A DNA stretch of 59,786 bases, filler included. It is 3 parts of 3 records of this genome, joined end to end, with 100 filler letters (N's around TTAATTAATTAA, not from the genome) between each part and the next. Parts side by side here need not be neighbours in the genome. Positions count along the whole stretch, not along the records: positions 54,397 to 59,786 come from SRR31156797_7132; 2 more parts are not named here. One strand, 5' to 3'. Made by a program: the position numbers and the translations under genes. Under the pieces are notes generated by a model. The model was given only the letters and a program-made list of their open reading frames with translations, ran no database searches and was not told where the DNA came from. Below, piece after piece: positions 58,052 to 59,786 of the stretch (position 1 is the first letter of the stretch; each line of letters opens with the position of its first letter).

Positions 58052-58855
58052 ATGAGAATATTAGATAAACTCTACGAAATTATTTTCGAAGCCGATACGA
58101 AAGAAGGTAAATTTTTTGACGTGGTTTTACTTGTTGTAATTCTGCTGAGTGTTTTGCTTGTAATGCTCGAAAGTGTTCCATCGATACAGAATTCATATAA
58201 CGAAATACTAAAAATTTCAGAATGGGTAATTACCATAATTTTCACATTGGAATATATTTTACGGATTTTGATTGTAAAAAAAGCGTATAAATATATTTTT
58301 AGTTTTTATGGAATTATCGATTTTCTTTCGGTAATACCAACCTATTTAAGTTTGGTAATTATTGGCTCTCAAAGTTTGGTGGTAATTCGGATTTTGCGTT
58401 TACTTCGTGTGTTCCGGATTTTAAAACTTACCCGTTATACACAGGCCGGGCGTTCGCTTGGAAAAGCCATGTGGGCCAGTCGCGAAAAGATTGGTGTTTT
58501 TATCTTTTTTGTTCTTCTTTTAGTGATAATTATTGGTACAATTATGTATTTGGTGGAAGGCGAAGAACACGGTTTTACCAGTATTCCACGAAGCATTTAT
58601 TGGGCTATTGTTACGCTTACTACAGTTGGTTATGGCGATATTAGTCCGGAGACCGCACTTGGGCAATTTTTGGCCAGTATGGTTATGATTATGGGATATG
58701 CAATAATTGCTGTTCCTACCGGAATTGTAACCGCAGAAATTATAAAACCTTCGGCTAGTCGTAATACTCAAGTTTGCTCAAACTGCTTACACGACAAACA
58801 CGATGATGATGCAGTTTATTGTAAAAAATGCGGAGAACATCTGCATCCTGTTTAA
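58052..58855 (+). CDS. Voltage-gated-type potassium channel (ion transporter)
   Basis: S4 segment IRILRLLRVFRILKL, selectivity filter TTVGYGD, C-terminal CxxC...CxxC ribbon. Confidence 0.92.
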   Translation: MRILDKLYEIIFEADTKEGKFFDVVLLVVILLSVLLVMLESVPSIQNSYNEILKISEWVITIIFTLEYILRILIVKKAYKYIFSFYGIIDFLSVIPTYLSLVIIGSQSLVVIRILRLLRVFRILKLTRYTQAGRSLGKAMWASREKIGVFIFFVLLLVIIIGTIMYLVEGEEHGFTSIPRSIYWAIVTLTTVGYGDISPETALGQFLASMVMIMGYAIIAVPTGIVTAEIIKPSASRNTQVCSNCLHDKHDDDAVYCKKCGEHLHPV

Positions 58856-58929
58856 ATATGGAATAATATTTGACCAACGAATACTGTATTATAGTATGCT
58901 TTAAAAACCACTTTTAAAATCTAATAATC

Positions 58930-59565
58930 ATGAAAAAGTCAAAAGCCTTGGGATTACTCGGAATATTAGTTTTTGTTTTCTCCGGATGTGCAACCGTTTA
59001 TACAGCGACTGAAATGCCACTAGCTGAAAAAAAACATAAGGAAATTGCAATTCTTCCATTCGATGTTAATGTTCAGTATAATAAACTTCCCAAAAATGTT
59101 ACGGTAGAACAAATTAAAGAAAATGAATATGAACTTGGATTTGTATTACAGAATCAAATGTACAACCGTTTCTTAAGAAAAAACGATCAGTTTTATATCA
59201 ATTTTCAGGATGTAGATGAAACCAATATGATGCTAACCAGAAATAAAGTGGATATTGAGAATTTGATGGAATATTCAAAAGATGAGTTAGCCCGGTTGCT
59301 GGAAGTAGATGCAGTAATTTCAGGGAAGTTGGTTACAACAAAACCCATGTCTACCGGAGCAGCACTTGTCGTTGGAATATTATTTGACGTTTGGGGCTCA
59401 ACGAATACGGCCGATGTTACCGTTTCGTTACACGATGGGAATGATTCAAAACTGCTTTGGAAATTTAATCATGTTTATTCTGGCAGCGTGGGAAGTAGTC
59501 CGGAACAACTTTCAAATGCCATGATGAATCCGATTTCCAGAAAATTCCCGTACAGAATTAATTAG
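58930..59565 (+). CDS. Hypothetical lipoprotein
   Basis: Lipobox FSGC; IAILPF...LARLLEVDAVISG resembles CsgG/TolB_N-like lipoproteins. Confidence 0.75.
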   Translation: MKKSKALGLLGILVFVFSGCATVYTATEMPLAEKKHKEIAILPFDVNVQYNKLPKNVTVEQIKENEYELGFVLQNQMYNRFLRKNDQFYINFQDVDETNMMLTRNKVDIENLMEYSKDELARLLEVDAVISGKLVTTKPMSTGAALVVGILFDVWGSTNTADVTVSLHDGNDSKLLWKFNHVYSGSVGSSPEQLSNAMMNPISRKFPYRIN

Positions 59566-59786
59566 AAAATTAATGAACAAGTTGAACTAGCATGTTTTCA
59601 TAAAAAAAGGAAGGATTGGAATAGATGGTATTAGAAACTATCGGTTTTAGGTAATGAAGTTGGCAAATAGTTTCAAAAATTAGAATAACTTTTGAATGAA
59701 AAATACCTGGTTCTTTGCCAGGTTTTTTTGTTTTAAGTTGCGGTTAACAACATCTGAACATTTGTGGATATTTAAATGTAGTTTTA

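Noticed and set aside
1-59786. tRNA, rRNA, transposase or integrase genes
   Set aside because: None was recognised by eye; tRNAscan, barrnap or ISEScan would be needed to exclude them formally.

Overview
This window is not one genome. Two artificial 100-nt linkers (N44-TTAATTAATTAA-N44, at 29899-29998 and 54297-54396) join three unrelated contigs. Segment 1 (1-29898) is GC-richer and has the gene content of a Desulfobacterota-like anaerobe. It carries a sigma54 activator and a sigma54-driven cheW/MCP operon, a tungsten-type aldehyde oxidoreductase with MoaD and a BKACE, a DUF3786-like pseudogene, an Fe-S/LuxR regulator, an IclR-aminotransferase-LivKHMGF operon and a MocR regulator. It also has a secreted GH18 chitinase with two CBM2 modules, an SCP2-like-domain-fused glycyl radical enzyme with its activase and a QueG-like Fe-S protein, an XPB helicase pair, and a truncated type I HsdM. 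Segment 2 (29999-54296) is Bacteroidota housekeeping DNA: ABC-F, lgt, suhB, nfeD, prfA, murA, grpE-dnaJ, prmA, plsY, dnaN, gldA and the 5' end of metK, preceded by a likely SAM-II riboswitch. It also holds a candidate sigma54-dependent sRNA. Segment 3 (54397-59786) is AT-rich Bacteroidota DNA with ald, a T9SS cargo/beta-barrel pair, a K+ channel and a lipoprotein. The best candidate for an undescribed system is the SCP2-GRE/activase/QueG-like cluster. All calls come from motif recognition by eye; no database searches were run.
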